From Methanobacteriota archaeon (GTDB taxonomy: Archaea; Thermoplasmatota; SW-10-69-26; JACQPN01): 64,000 nucleotides of DNA. The notes beneath the pieces were generated by a model that saw nothing but the letters and a program-made list of their open reading frames with translations, was not told where the DNA came from and did no database searches. Within the stretch, counting starts at the first letter, position 1. Each line of letters opens with the position of its first letter. Shown one piece after another: positions 1 through 11,100 of the stretch. Where the stretch lies: contig JACQPN010000012.1 in the NCBI GenBank assembly GCA_016207515.1, forward strand, positions 31,759-95,758, in the 5' to 3' direction. The translations under genes and the position numbers were made by a program.

Positions 1-133
1 TCCCCTGACATCCTGAAAAGCGATGGGACGCGGCGCAGCATCGTGGCGCCGCTTCGCCCACGGATCGCCTCTCCAGGGCAATTGAGCATCCAGACGTCCT
101 CGGCGTCCAACGGTGTCGAAGGGACGCCGGGCC

Positions 134-781
134 CTAAGAGGCTTTGGAGACCGACTGATCGAGGATCACGTGCGCAGGTTGGAGCTCCGTCTCCGGCGGC
201 ACGTTCACGACGAGGGTGAAGCCCTTGAAGGCGAACTCCAGAGCCTGCTCCTCCTCGCGAGCGGAGGCGCTTTCCACCGCGATCTCAGCGGTCACGTAAG
301 CTGGCCGGGCCTCGTGCCGGCGAAGAAGGTCCGTGAGGTCGAAGGTGTGCGAATGCCACGTCCCGTCGGCGGGGGCCGATTGATCGTGAAGGGTGTGGCC
401 GGACACTTCCATGTCGTCGTCTCTCCCGACGCGCGCGTTGGCCCTCACGTGGAAGCGTATCTCTTGCGCCCCGGATCCGCCCCAAAGTCGGCGTCTCTCG
501 ATGAAGTGGAATACGGCCGATTCGATCGAGCGTAGGTCCGTCAAGGCCACCGGCCTCGTCCAGATGCTGCCTTTTCCCGTCGCGCCGCCGCCGCTCGTGA
601 AAGCCATCTCCTGGCCGTCCTTACGCCACGCGGGCGGCCGCACTGAAGGCAGTTTCTTCATGAGTTTGTCCACGAGGCCCTTTCGGATGTCCGCGACGGT
701 CTCGTCGAACGTGAACGAATCGAGGCCGTCCTGGGGCGTGAAGATGTACTCGTATTGCTTCCGTGGGTCCTTTCGTGGCAT
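134..781 (-). CDS. Hypothetical protein, 215 aa
   Basis: ATG-started ORF with genome-typical codon usage, co-oriented downstream of the repeat-protein gene. No family recognised. Confidence 0.65.
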   Translation of the reverse strand: MPRKDPRKQYEYIFTPQDGLDSFTFDETVADIRKGLVDKLMKKLPSVRPPAWRKDGQEMAFTSGGGATGKGSIWTRPVALTDLRSIESAVFHFIERRRLWGGSGAQEIRFHVRANARVGRDDDMEVSGHTLHDQSAPADGTWHSHTFDLTDLLRRHEARPAYVTAEIAVESASAREEEQALEFAFKGFTLVVNVPPETELQPAHVILDQSVSKAS

Positions 782-820
782 CGGCGAACTACCTGTTCCG
801 GGGAGTGGGTGAAATGGAAA

Positions 821-841
821 GGGCGGGGGGATACCCCGCCC
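821..841 (-). terminator. GC-rich hairpin followed by a pyrimidine tract
   Basis: GGGCGGGG(821-828)/CCCCGCCC(834-841). On the minus strand it is followed by TTTCCATTTC, just after the stop at 854. Confidence 0.5.
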
Positions 842-853
842 GAAGCGTTCTAT

Positions 854-2197
854 CTACTGGCTGCGGTTGATGGTCCCATCGGGGTTGATGGTGAGGACCG
901 ACCCGTTGGGGAAGCTCCTCGAAATCGACCCGTCGGGGTGCTCCGTGACGGTGACGCCGTTCGGCATCGACTTCACGAAGGTCTTGTCCGCGAGCACCTT
1001 GAAGATGGTGCCGTCCGGGAGTTCCTTCACGAACTGCCCGTTCTTCCATTCGGACACGATCGCGCCGTCGGGCATCGTCTTGATGATGCTGCCGTCCGCG
1101 AGGACTTTCACCATCGTGAGGTCCTTCAAGGTCTTCACGAGCATGTTCGAGGGAAGCTCCTTCACGACCGTCTCGTCCGGGAGCGTCTTGATGAGCGTCC
1201 CGTCCGGGTTGATCTCCAAGGTCGTGTCGTTCGGTAGCGTCCTCACAACGGTGTAGTCGGGGAGCTGCTTCACGAGCGCCCCGTCCGGGAACTCCTTCGT
1301 GAAGGTCCTGTCGGCGAACTCGCGCACGATTGTACCGTCGCGGAGGATCTTCTCGAGCGTCTTGTCGGCCTTCATGCGGATGATCGTGCCGTCGGCGAGC
1401 CTTTTCTCGAACACGCCAGAGACGTAGTCGCGCACCGTGACGCCGTCGCGGGTGGTCTTGGTTATCGTCCCGTCGTGGGCGACTTCCACGGTCGCGCCGT
1501 CGGGAAGGACCTTCCTGAGCGTCCTGTCGCCGGTCTCCGTGATCTGCGACCCGTCGGGGAAGTGCTTCGTGACGCTCTTATCGGCATCGATCCTGACCTT
1601 GACGCCGTCGGACGTCTCCTTTTCCAAGCGGCCGTCGGGCTGGTTGCGGATCGTCGTACCGTCGGGTAGCTTCTTCTCGAAGCTCCCTTCCCAAACGGCG
1701 AGTTCAGTGCCGTCGGGGAGGCGGTGGACGAACGTGCCGTGCGGGTCGATGGTGACGTTCGAACCGTCTTTCAGCTTGAGGCTGAAGCCGGCCATCCCGT
1801 AGTGGGCGCTCTCGCCGTTTGCGTAGTTGACGCCGACCTCGCTTCCGCGGGCGACGGTGATCCCCGTCTTGTTCGGGAAGTTGAGGATGAGGTCGCGCTG
1901 CGGGGTCGCCTCGACGTTGAGGCCGTCCGCGAAGCGGGATTCGAAGTGTCCGCTCTCGTCGACGCGCACGGTGGTGCCGTCCGCATACTTCTGGGTGAAC
2001 ACGTGCTTCGGGCTGACCGTGATCGTCACGTCGCCGAGCTGACGGCGGATCGTGCCGTCCTCAAGCACCTTCACTTCCTGTCCGGCGTGGGAAACCGGGC
2101 TGTCGAAGTCCGTCTCCTTGGCCTTCGAGACGTCCGTCCATTCACTGGCCTCCTCATGTCCGCCCTTGCGGGTCTCTGTCCTTGTCTGCTTTGGCAT
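854..2197 (-). CDS. Beta-hairpin repeat protein (9/18-aa period, xPDGx turns), Tcp10_C/CPAP-TCP-like, predicted cytoplasmic
   Basis: Regular 18-aa units such as VKELPDGTIFKVLADKTF and IKTMPDGAIVSEWKNGQF. Start moved to the ATG at 2197 (MPKQ), which has GGAG upstream and removes the overlap with the upstream gene. No signal peptide. Confidence 0.8.
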   Translation of the reverse strand: MPKQTRTETRKGGHEEASEWTDVSKAKETDFDSPVSHAGQEVKVLEDGTIRRQLGDVTITVSPKHVFTQKYADGTTVRVDESGHFESRFADGLNVEATPQRDLILNFPNKTGITVARGSEVGVNYANGESAHYGMAGFSLKLKDGSNVTIDPHGTFVHRLPDGTELAVWEGSFEKKLPDGTTIRNQPDGRLEKETSDGVKVRIDADKSVTKHFPDGSQITETGDRTLRKVLPDGATVEVAHDGTITKTTRDGVTVRDYVSGVFEKRLADGTIIRMKADKTLEKILRDGTIVREFADRTFTKEFPDGALVKQLPDYTVVRTLPNDTTLEINPDGTLIKTLPDETVVKELPSNMLVKTLKDLTMVKVLADGSIIKTMPDGAIVSEWKNGQFVKELPDGTIFKVLADKTFVKSMPNGVTVTEHPDGSISRSFPNGSVLTINPDGTINRSQ

Positions 2198-2216
2198 TCT
2201 TTCGTCTCCTGTGAAT

Positions 2217-2654
2217 TCACTGGGCCTTGTTGACTTGAAGCTCCTCAAGGCGTGATAATGAAACGAGGAACACCTGGTCCCTCAGGCTCTCGCCGAAGCG
2301 CGCCAGGTAGCGGATGTTCGCGAACTCGCGCGCGAGCTGCTTGTCGCCGACGGTTTCGGAGATCCACCGTTCGATGTCGCCCGCGTAGATCCCGTATTCG
2401 AGGGCCTTGATGTCGACCGTCTTGACCGCGTCGACGAAGTCGTCGAGCCGGGCCACGCGCAGGATCCCGTTACGGTGCTTGCCGGTCTTGAAATCGAAGG
2501 GCGACCAGAAGAAGGTCCGCAGAAAACTTTCGGCGTCGGCGACCTCGGAGACGGGAATCCGACGAGGGACCTCCGTGAGCGAGAGCGGGCGCACGTCGAC
2601 GGCCATCGGCGGTTTGTTCTGCGTTATTGCCTTACGGGTTTCTGGACCAGCCAC
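2217..2654 (-). CDS. DUF5752-like small protein
   Basis: Motif VARLDDFVDAVKTVDIKALEY..YAGDIERWISETVGDKQLA fits the DUF5752 pattern. GTG start with AGGGAGGT RBS. Confidence 0.7.
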   Translation of the reverse strand: MAGPETRKAITQNKPPMAVDVRPLSLTEVPRRIPVSEVADAESFLRTFFWSPFDFKTGKHRNGILRVARLDDFVDAVKTVDIKALEYGIYAGDIERWISETVGDKQLAREFANIRYLARFGESLRDQVFLVSLSRLEELQVNKAQ

Positions 2655-3128
2655 GTTGATACCTCCCTTACCCCTTCGCGAGAACGGGTAACTACCGCAA
2701 CAGGCCTCTTATCCAAATAGGTTTGCCTCATTCGATCGAATGGATGACCACGCGGGTCGGAGCCTAAAAGAAATCGAAAGGAATGCAAGGTTTATGGGGA
2801 TTCGTATTCTCGTGCCTTGAACGGAATCACAAATACGGCATTAATGTGAAGACTTTTTTCCAAGGAGGGAGGACTTTTGGGTGGATCCACGCCGACGCTC
2901 AGGAAAAAAACAAGAACTCCGCGATCATGGACCGCCGACACCATGCGACGTCGGACTCCGAAGTGATCCGCCCGACAGGTTTTTTCGGGAGATCGTCTTC
3001 GGATGGATCCAGGTTAATCTCATAGTTTGGACCGCGTAACAGAAACACCCCTCCCCGAACGAAAGGAAAGGTGCACGCTGGGGCAGCTGGTCGGTAACGG
3101 TTTAGGGCATAGCGGGCGTTGTTAGTCC

Positions 3129-4979
3129 ATGCCCGGCGGCCTTCACGGAAAGCTCCTCGACGTCGATCTCACGACGGCGGCGATGTCGGATTGGCACATT
3201 CCTGCGGATTGGGCCTCGCTTCATCTCGGCGGCCGGGGAATCGGCGCGAGGATACTGTTGGACCAGTACGAGGGGCGCGCGGAAGACGACCCGTTAGGGC
3301 CTCGGAACATCCTCGTTTTCATGACGGGACCACTCGTCGGTCTCTCGGTCCCCGGCGCCGGAAAGCACGCGGTCTACGCACGCTCGCCGCTCACAGGACT
3401 GTTCGCGGAGGCGTTCTGTGGCGGGTACTTCGGCAGCGAGTTGAAAAAGACCGGTTACGACGGCATCATCATCCGAGGCCGGGCCCCGGAATGGCAATAC
3501 CTCTCCGTCATCGACGGAAGACCTGAGATCCTGCCCGCCGGAGACCTTCGGGGAGCGCCCGTGTCGAAGACCGAGGCGGAGCTTCTGAAGCGGTCTCCTC
3601 GCGCCCGATGCGCCTCCATAGGACCCGCTGGAGAGAACCTCGTACGGTTCGCGGCCATCATGACGGATCGCAACCGCGCGGCAGGAAGGTGCGGCGTGGG
3701 CGCGGTGATGGGTTCGAAGACGCTGAAGGCGATAGTGGTGAGGGGGAACGCGAAGGTGCCCGTCGACGACGAGGCGGCGTACCGGGAGGCGCTCAAAGAC
3801 TACATCTCGACGCTCCAAAGCCCCGGCATGAAGCGTTTCGGCGAATACGGGACGCCGGGAGGCGTGGAATCGCTCGACTCGCTGGGGATCCTACCGACGC
3901 ATAACTTCCACCAAGGCCGGTTTGAAGGAGCGTCGAAGATCAGCGGCGTGCGGCTCCATGACGACCTGCTCGTCGGGCGGGACACCTGCTTCGCCTGTCA
4001 CGTCCGTTGCAAACGCATCGTCGAAGGAGAAGTGGACGGGGAACGGATCGAAAAGGCCCAAGGCGGGCCAGAGTACGAGACCATCGCCGCGTTCGGCTCG
4101 CTGCAGATGGTCGACAGCCTGGAGCACGTGTCGCTTGCGAACGCGAGGTGCAACGAGCACGGGCTCGACACGATCTCGGCGGGGAACGTCATCGCCTTCG
4201 CCATGGAGGCCTCGGAACGCGGGCTCATCGACGACGGCGTCGCGTGGGGGGACGCTTCGAAAGCGTTGCGGCTGCTTGACGACATTGCGTACCGTCGCGG
4301 CCTCGGCGAGACGTTGTCGCTTGGCGTGCGCGAGGCGGCGAGGCGACTCGGCGGGTCGGACTTCGCGATCCACGTGAAAGGCCTTGAGGTGCCGATGCAC
4401 GAGCCGCGCGGGAAGAAAGGCCTTGGACTCACCTATGCGGTGGGTCCCCGCGGCGCGAACCACAACGAGGGGCTCCACGACACTTCCGTGGAGCGCGCGA
4501 ACGCCTCGCCCGAACTCGGGGCGACCGCCGCCTTGTCGCGGTTCGACGCGAGCGAAAGGAAGACGGCGGTGGTGAAGAATTGGGAGGACGCGGTGTCCTT
4601 CACGAACAGTCTCATAGTCTGTCTTTTCACGACGAACCTCACGGGGAAGGCGTACAACCTCCCGCATCTAAGACGGCTCGTGACCGCCGTGACCGGTGTC
4701 CAGATGGATCGCGATTCCATGCTTGAAGTGGGCGAGCGGAACTTCAACCTCGGCCGCCTTTTCACGACGCGTATGGGGGCGCGCCCGGAGGACGATGACC
4801 TGCCGCCGCGCTTCAAGCGCGAGCCGTTGGATTTCGGTGACCGCCAAGAAGCGATCCCGGACGACGTGTTGAGACCGTGGATCGCGGATTATTACGCATT
4901 ACGCGGTTGGGGCGTCGACGGAGCGCCCTCGCCCGCAACGCTGGCACGACTCGGTCTTTCGACGCTCGCGAGAGCATAG
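3129..4979 (+). CDS. aor: Aldehyde:ferredoxin oxidoreductase (W/Mo-bispterin AOR family)
   Basis: LGGRGIG, SPLTG, IGPAGENLVRFA, GRCGVGAVMGSK, CFACHVRC, GPEYET, GLDTIS and terminal YYALRGW motifs; 616 aa. Confidence 0.95.
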   Translation: MPGGLHGKLLDVDLTTAAMSDWHIPADWASLHLGGRGIGARILLDQYEGRAEDDPLGPRNILVFMTGPLVGLSVPGAGKHAVYARSPLTGLFAEAFCGGYFGSELKKTGYDGIIIRGRAPEWQYLSVIDGRPEILPAGDLRGAPVSKTEAELLKRSPRARCASIGPAGENLVRFAAIMTDRNRAAGRCGVGAVMGSKTLKAIVVRGNAKVPVDDEAAYREALKDYISTLQSPGMKRFGEYGTPGGVESLDSLGILPTHNFHQGRFEGASKISGVRLHDDLLVGRDTCFACHVRCKRIVEGEVDGERIEKAQGGPEYETIAAFGSLQMVDSLEHVSLANARCNEHGLDTISAGNVIAFAMEASERGLIDDGVAWGDASKALRLLDDIAYRRGLGETLSLGVREAARRLGGSDFAIHVKGLEVPMHEPRGKKGLGLTYAVGPRGANHNEGLHDTSVERANASPELGATAALSRFDASERKTAVVKNWEDAVSFTNSLIVCLFTTNLTGKAYNLPHLRRLVTAVTGVQMDRDSMLEVGERNFNLGRLFTTRMGARPEDDDLPPRFKREPLDFGDRQEAIPDDVLRPWIADYYALRGWGVDGAPSPATLARLGLSTLARA

Positions 4980-5157
4980 CCCGTAAGGGAATGGCAACTC
5001 CGAGGTTCAGCACTCGAAGGTTATAATGGGACGTCTCATGGTTCGTGCTTACCCGCTGGAAGCGGGCGGTATTGGAGGCGGGCGTCCCGGTTTCGAACGC
5101 AGCGCGATCGCGGCGTAGGCAGAGGGACGACCGGCCTTGTAGAGGGAGTCGATTGAT

Positions 5158-8100
5158 ATGAGGCGGAGAGCGGGCGGCAGCAAGGCAAGGGCATTCTCGA
5201 CCATCATCGCAGTGGCGCTCCTCGCGACGCCAGGGTCCACCGCGTTTTTCCCCGGCGAGGCGAGCGCCGCGCCGGCGGAGGGCCACGAGGCGGAAGGCAG
5301 CGAGACCGCGTTTCCATCGGCGGTCGAAAACGTCCCACCGGTCGTCTCGGACCTCCTCGGTCGGGTAGGCCTCCCCAAGGCGCCATTCGCCTCGCCCGGC
5401 GGGCCGCCGACGCCCGTGACGGAACAATCCTTCGTCCCGCCGACGCCTGACCCCGTGGGCTTCGAGGAGAACCTCGGCCAGGTCGATCCGCGCGTGCGGT
5501 TCACTCTCCGCGACGGCGGTTCAATGTTGTACCTCCTCGACGATTCCTTTGTCCTGCGTCTTATCGATGTTTCAAAGCGCGATGAGAACGGGGCGCCGGC
5601 GGAATCAACGATGAGCGTCGTCTCGTTCACCATGGAAGGCGTTGCACCGGGCCTTCGCCCCGCCGCATCGGCCTCGCTCCCCATGACGGGCAACCATTTC
5701 ATCGGCTCGGACCCTCACGGATGGGTCTCGGGTGCCGCGCATTACGAACGGGTCACGTACGCATCCGTCTACGAGGGTATAGACCTCGTGTTCCGCTCAA
5801 CGGCAGCGGGGCCGGAATACGACTTCGTGCTCCGACCAGGTGCAGATGCTGACCAGATCCGTTTGCGGATCGACGGCACCGACGGCATCCTCATCGACCC
5901 GATGGGCGAACTGGTGGTCAAGACAGGTGCCGGGGAGATCCGGCACGCAAAGCCATCGGTCTACCAGGTCTCCGACGCGGGCCGCGTTGATGTCCCGGGA
6001 AGCTTTTTCATGATCTCCGAGGACACCGTCGGCTTCCAGACCCTGTGGAAGGATGCGGCTGCGGAACTCGTGATCGACCCGCTCGTCTACTCCACGTTCT
6101 ACGGCGGCACGGGCGACGACGTCGCCGAGGCCGTTGCCATCGGCTCCGACGGTTCCACGTATTTTGCCGGCTGGACCTGGAGTTCGGACTTCCCCACCAC
6201 CACGGGTTCCTACTCGGCCTCGAAGCCCACCGACATCTACGGCTGCGGTTGCCAATACGTGTTCTTCATCACGAAGTTCAACGCCGCCGCCACATCGGTC
6301 GAGTTCGCGACGTACGTCGGCGACTCTGTCGGATTGGACCCTACCCACGTCGGGATGGCCCTCGACGGGGCCGACCGTGTCTACGTGACCGGCGCGACCT
6401 ACGGGCCCGACTATCCACTGGTCAATCCCGTGGAGAACCCGCCATCAGGAATAGACCGAGTCCGCGCCGTCGTTTCCAAATTGAGCGCCGATGGTTCCAC
6501 GCTCCTCTTCTCCACGACCATCGGCGAAGGCTCGTCCTCGAAGGGGCATGCCTTGGTGGTCGCCGATGACGGAACGATCTGGGTCGCAGGCGATGCCAGG
6601 GAAGGCTTCCCGACGACCCCTGACGCGATCGACTCGGCGTACGCCGGCGCCGGATACGATCAAGGTGACGCCGTCCTTGCAAGGCTTGACCCCGCAGGTT
6701 CAATCGTCTACGCGACGTACCTGGGCGGCCTCTCCGACGACGAGATCAATACGCTGTCCGTCTCTCCAGACGGTAGGATCACAGTGGCCGGCGACACGCG
6801 TTCGGCGACATTCCCGACCACGGCTGGCGCGTTCATGGAGCGGGGACCGAGCCTTCCCCGGGTATCTGCGGAGGCCGCGAGCGCCACCATCGGCGACCAC
6901 ACGTACATCTTCGGCGGGCTCGAATGCTTGGGCAATGGTTTCAGTTACTGCGATGACGTCGTCCGCTTCGGGGCGGCCGATCTCTCCGCCGAAGTCATGA
7001 CGGCCCGCTTTCCGACCGGTTTTTCGCTTGCTGCCGGCGCAAGCGACCGGACATATGGGTACGCGATAGGCGGATTCGATGTGGTCTCCTGCGGCGAGGG
7101 CTGCTATACCGGCGCCTGGTCGGGGGCGATTCGCCGGTACGATCCGACGGCCGACGCGGTCGCCATCATGGGTGCTTCCGTCGAACCACGTGCCGGCGCG
7201 GCCGCTGTTGGGCTTGGAGATTACGTCTACATCTTCGGCGGCACGTACGACTACTTCTATCCGACGCGTAGCGACATCCTGCGCTACGACCCCGCGACCG
7301 ACACGGTCGAGACGATGGGTGCCACGCTACCGAGCCCGAACGGTTGGGAAGGCTGGGGCGACGGCCCCGCGGCGACGGACGGCAGCAGCATCTACCTCTT
7401 CGCCGGACAGCGGCCAGGCTCGATGCTCGACACCATCATGCGCTACGATCCTTCGACGGATTCGCTCACGACGATGACGGCGGCGTTCCCGGCGCCGCTT
7501 GCGAGGGCTAGCGCCCTCTGGACCGGCACCGCCTTCTACATATTCGGGGGCGTGACGGAGTGCGAGGGCTGTTACCTCACGCCCGTCGACACGGTCTACC
7601 GCTACGACCCGTTGACGGACACGTTGACGACCGTTGCGGGGACCCTTCCGACGACCCTCTACTCCGCCTCGGCCACGTGGGACGGGACGAACGCGTACCT
7701 CCTCGGTGGATTCGCCGGGTGGCAATTGAGCTTCGGCGTCCTCCGGTTCGATCCCGTTTTCGGGGCCACGTCAGGCCTCACCAATGGCGGAGGGCGGGAC
7801 GCCTTCGTCGCGGAGATCGCTGGTAACGGCACGTCCCTCGCGTGGTCGACCTTGCTCGGCGGCGACACGGACGATGCCTTGAACGCGATGGCGTTCGACG
7901 GCAACGGTCAGATCCTCGTGGCGGGCTCCACCTATTCGCTCGACTTCCCGACCCAGTTCGCCTTCGACTCCACGCGGGCCGGAAGCGGCGAGGTCCCGAG
8001 TCAGGACGCCTTCCTTTCCAGACTGTCTTCGACGGGGAACGCGTTGCTTTATTCGACTTTCCTCGGTGGCGAGGAGGACGACGCGGCGAACGCCGTAGGG

Positions 8101-11100
8101 ATCGACGGGTTCGGCAACATGTACGTCGCGGGCAAGACCCACTCGGGCGATTTCCCCGTGACGGCGAACGCGGAGCAAGGCACCTTCGCAAGCTACTATT
8201 TCTACAACTCCGACGCGTTCTTGTCGGAGCTCGATCCGTTGGGCGCGTCCCTCGTCTATTCGAGTTTCCTTGGCGGCCGGGAGACCGACGTCGCCAACGC
8301 GATGGCGATGGACGAGTTCGGCAATCTCATCCTGGTCGGGACCACGGGTTCGTCAGATTTCCCGGTCGCGAACGCCATACAGCCGGAGAACGCGGGCGGC
8401 TCTGGGATGGACGCATTCGTCACGAAGATCCCGTTCCTCGGTGGCGGCGTCGGGAACGGCAACAATGGCAACAACTTCCCGACGATCCAGGACGCCATCA
8501 ATAATTCGCGTCCCGGCGACACGATCTACATCGCCCCGGGCACCTACCTCGAAGCGCTCACCGTGGACAAGAACCGGTGGGGCGAGGACCTCACGGACCT
8601 CTTCCTATGCGGCGCGACGGAAGCGGGGGTCCGGGGTTGCGGCGGGTTCTCCAACGAGGGGCCGAAGGTGATCGTCGACGCAACGGGTATCTCTGACACG
8701 GTCATCGACGTGAGCGCAGGCGGATTCACTTCGCTTACCGTTAGGTACCAACACCTCGGGCCTGCCGAGGGCGACGAGGTCGTCGGGGCCCGCTTCAACG
8801 ACGTGTATTATCCGCAGTTCAACACCAATTGGATCGTCGTCCAAGGCGGGGGCTGTACGCAGGCCCAAGTGGCGGCGGGCCAATGCGATCAAGCCGGAGG
8901 GGCCCGCGTCTACGGCGTCAAGGGGAGGACGCTCGGCGGCTTCCTGGCGTACAACACCGTCTCGGCGGACGTCCCCCTCGCCGACGGTTCGATCGGCGGC
9001 ACGTCAGGCTTCAAGGGGTGGTTCTACTACACGGGGCTTCGCGGCAACACCGTGAAAGGGTGGACGACGGCGGCGTTCGAGGTCACCGACGTCGTGAACA
9101 TCATCGAGGACGGGGTCGTCGATACGAACTCGGTGGGTGTTCTCCTGTGCGGGACGACCTACTCGGTCATCGTGAACAACGACTTCAAGAACAACGGGGC
9201 GGCCCTGTCTTACTGCGCGACGAACGTCTCCGTGCCGAACTACATCCACTTCAACAAGTTCGAGACGAGTAACGCCATCGGCGCGTCCGTTCCGGACGGC
9301 GTCGAAGGACAGGTGATAGATCTAAGGGCCAACGATTGGCAGATCTACCGTCACACGGGGATCGGGCCCCGCGTCGCCGATTCGGGAACGGGTAACACCG
9401 TGAAGTACGTGCCGTTCATGCTCGTCGACGGGAGCATCGAACCGCCGCTCGTCGTAGTGTCCCCATACCCGCACTGGTCCTGCGACTATTCGTGGGCCGA
9501 GGTCATCATCGTCTACGACAATTATTGGGACTACCACTGCGCATTCACGTCGATCGACGGCGCGCTCCAATTCGCCCAGAGCGGCGACACGATGATCGCG
9601 CCCGGCTCCATCTACCCGACGAGCCCCACGCCGCGACTTGAGAACGTGACGATCGAGAGCAATGCGCCTTTCTTCGAGGAATCGTCGAGGCTCGACGGCG
9701 TCAGGATCTGCAGCAGCACGCGGGACAACAACACGGCCTGCAACCCATCGGCGGGGATCAACGTCGTGGACTCGTCGGGATCGGGCAAGCCGGCTTTCAC
9801 CGTCGGCGAAGTCGAGGGTGTCCTCATCGACGGTTTCACCTTCACCGGCGCGAGTCCGGTCTTTTCTTCCGAAGGTTCGACGGCGATGGAAGTGCGCGAC
9901 AGCACGTTCGCCGTGAGCGCTAGCGCGACACAGGCCCGGCACGGCGCGATCCTCCGGGACACGACGGACGCCGTGCTCCGCTTCAACCGCGTGCTTGGGA
10001 ACATGTACCCGGGGAGCATCGGCATCGGAGCGTACGATTCCGTGGACCCGACGGTCTCATTGAACAACATCGACCAGAGCGGGACCGGTGTCTATTTCAG
10101 CGGCGTGGTCGGCGGCGAGGCGCGCGGCAACGTGATACGCGTCGCCCCGGCTTCGCAGTTCGGCGGCCAGTCGCTCGGCGTCAGTTTCTTCACCGGCACC
10201 GGTCAGGCGGCGCGGTACAACACCTTCGAAGGCACGGGGATAGGCCTCACGGTCAAGGGAGCGACCGAGGTCTACGCGCATTCGAACACCTGGAACGCCG
10301 TGCCGACCGGGATCCGGCTTTCGGCCTCGTGGGCTCCGATTGATGCGGCACAGCCCGATGGCATACTTCTCCGGTACAACCGTCTCGATGGCGCCGCCAC
10401 GAAACTCCTCATAGAACCGGGTGTCGCAGGACTCGCCGTCGATGCGCGATACAACCATTGGGGTGCTTACAGCAGGGACACCATTGAAGCAACTATCGAA
10501 GACGCCGGGACCGGCGATTCCGTCGACGTGTCCTGCTTTTACGACCTCGACGGGACGCACACCGTCTGCCCGCCGACCCCGTCGTTTGACGTCTCGCCCG
10601 CGACCGGCCATTGGCGGACGGCCTTCACGTTCACGGACACCTCGACACCGGGCGGTCGTGCCATCGATTCATGGGATTGGGACTTCTCGGACGGGTCGAC
10701 GGCCGCTGGATCGACGGTGAGCCACACCTTCGCCCGCTCGGGCGTCCTGCAAGCGACGCTCACCATCGAGGACGCGGAAGGTTACGTCGAGTCCACGACC
10801 CGCGACGTGACCGTGACGAATGCGGCGCCGGTCCTTCAACCCGTGGGCGCGAAGACGATCGCCGAGGCGAGCGAACTCCGGTTCTATGTCCAAGGTAGCG
10901 ACCCCGATGGGGATTCCCTTACGTTCGTCGCGTCGGACCTACCGGCCGGCGCGTCGCTTTCGAACCTGCCGGACGGGCGCGGACTTTTCGCGTGGACCCC
11001 CTCGTTTTCGCAGGCCGGCGTCCACCGTGTGACCTTGGGCGTTACCGACGGGGACCTCACCGGTTCTGAAGCCGTCGACATCACCGTCGGAAACGTCGAT

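Noticed and set aside
2783..3025. 80-aa ORF in the aor upstream region
   Set aside because: Atypical codon usage, no recognisable motif, and it overlaps the predicted RNA stems.
3030..3085. Firm Moco/Tuco riboswitch call
   Set aside because: Only the 3' words resemble the motif, and the P4 stem is not formed; needs a covariance-model search.
5158..5170. Tat signal in the 2255-aa protein (MRRR)
   Set aside because: No RRxFL consensus; looks like a basic Sec n-region.
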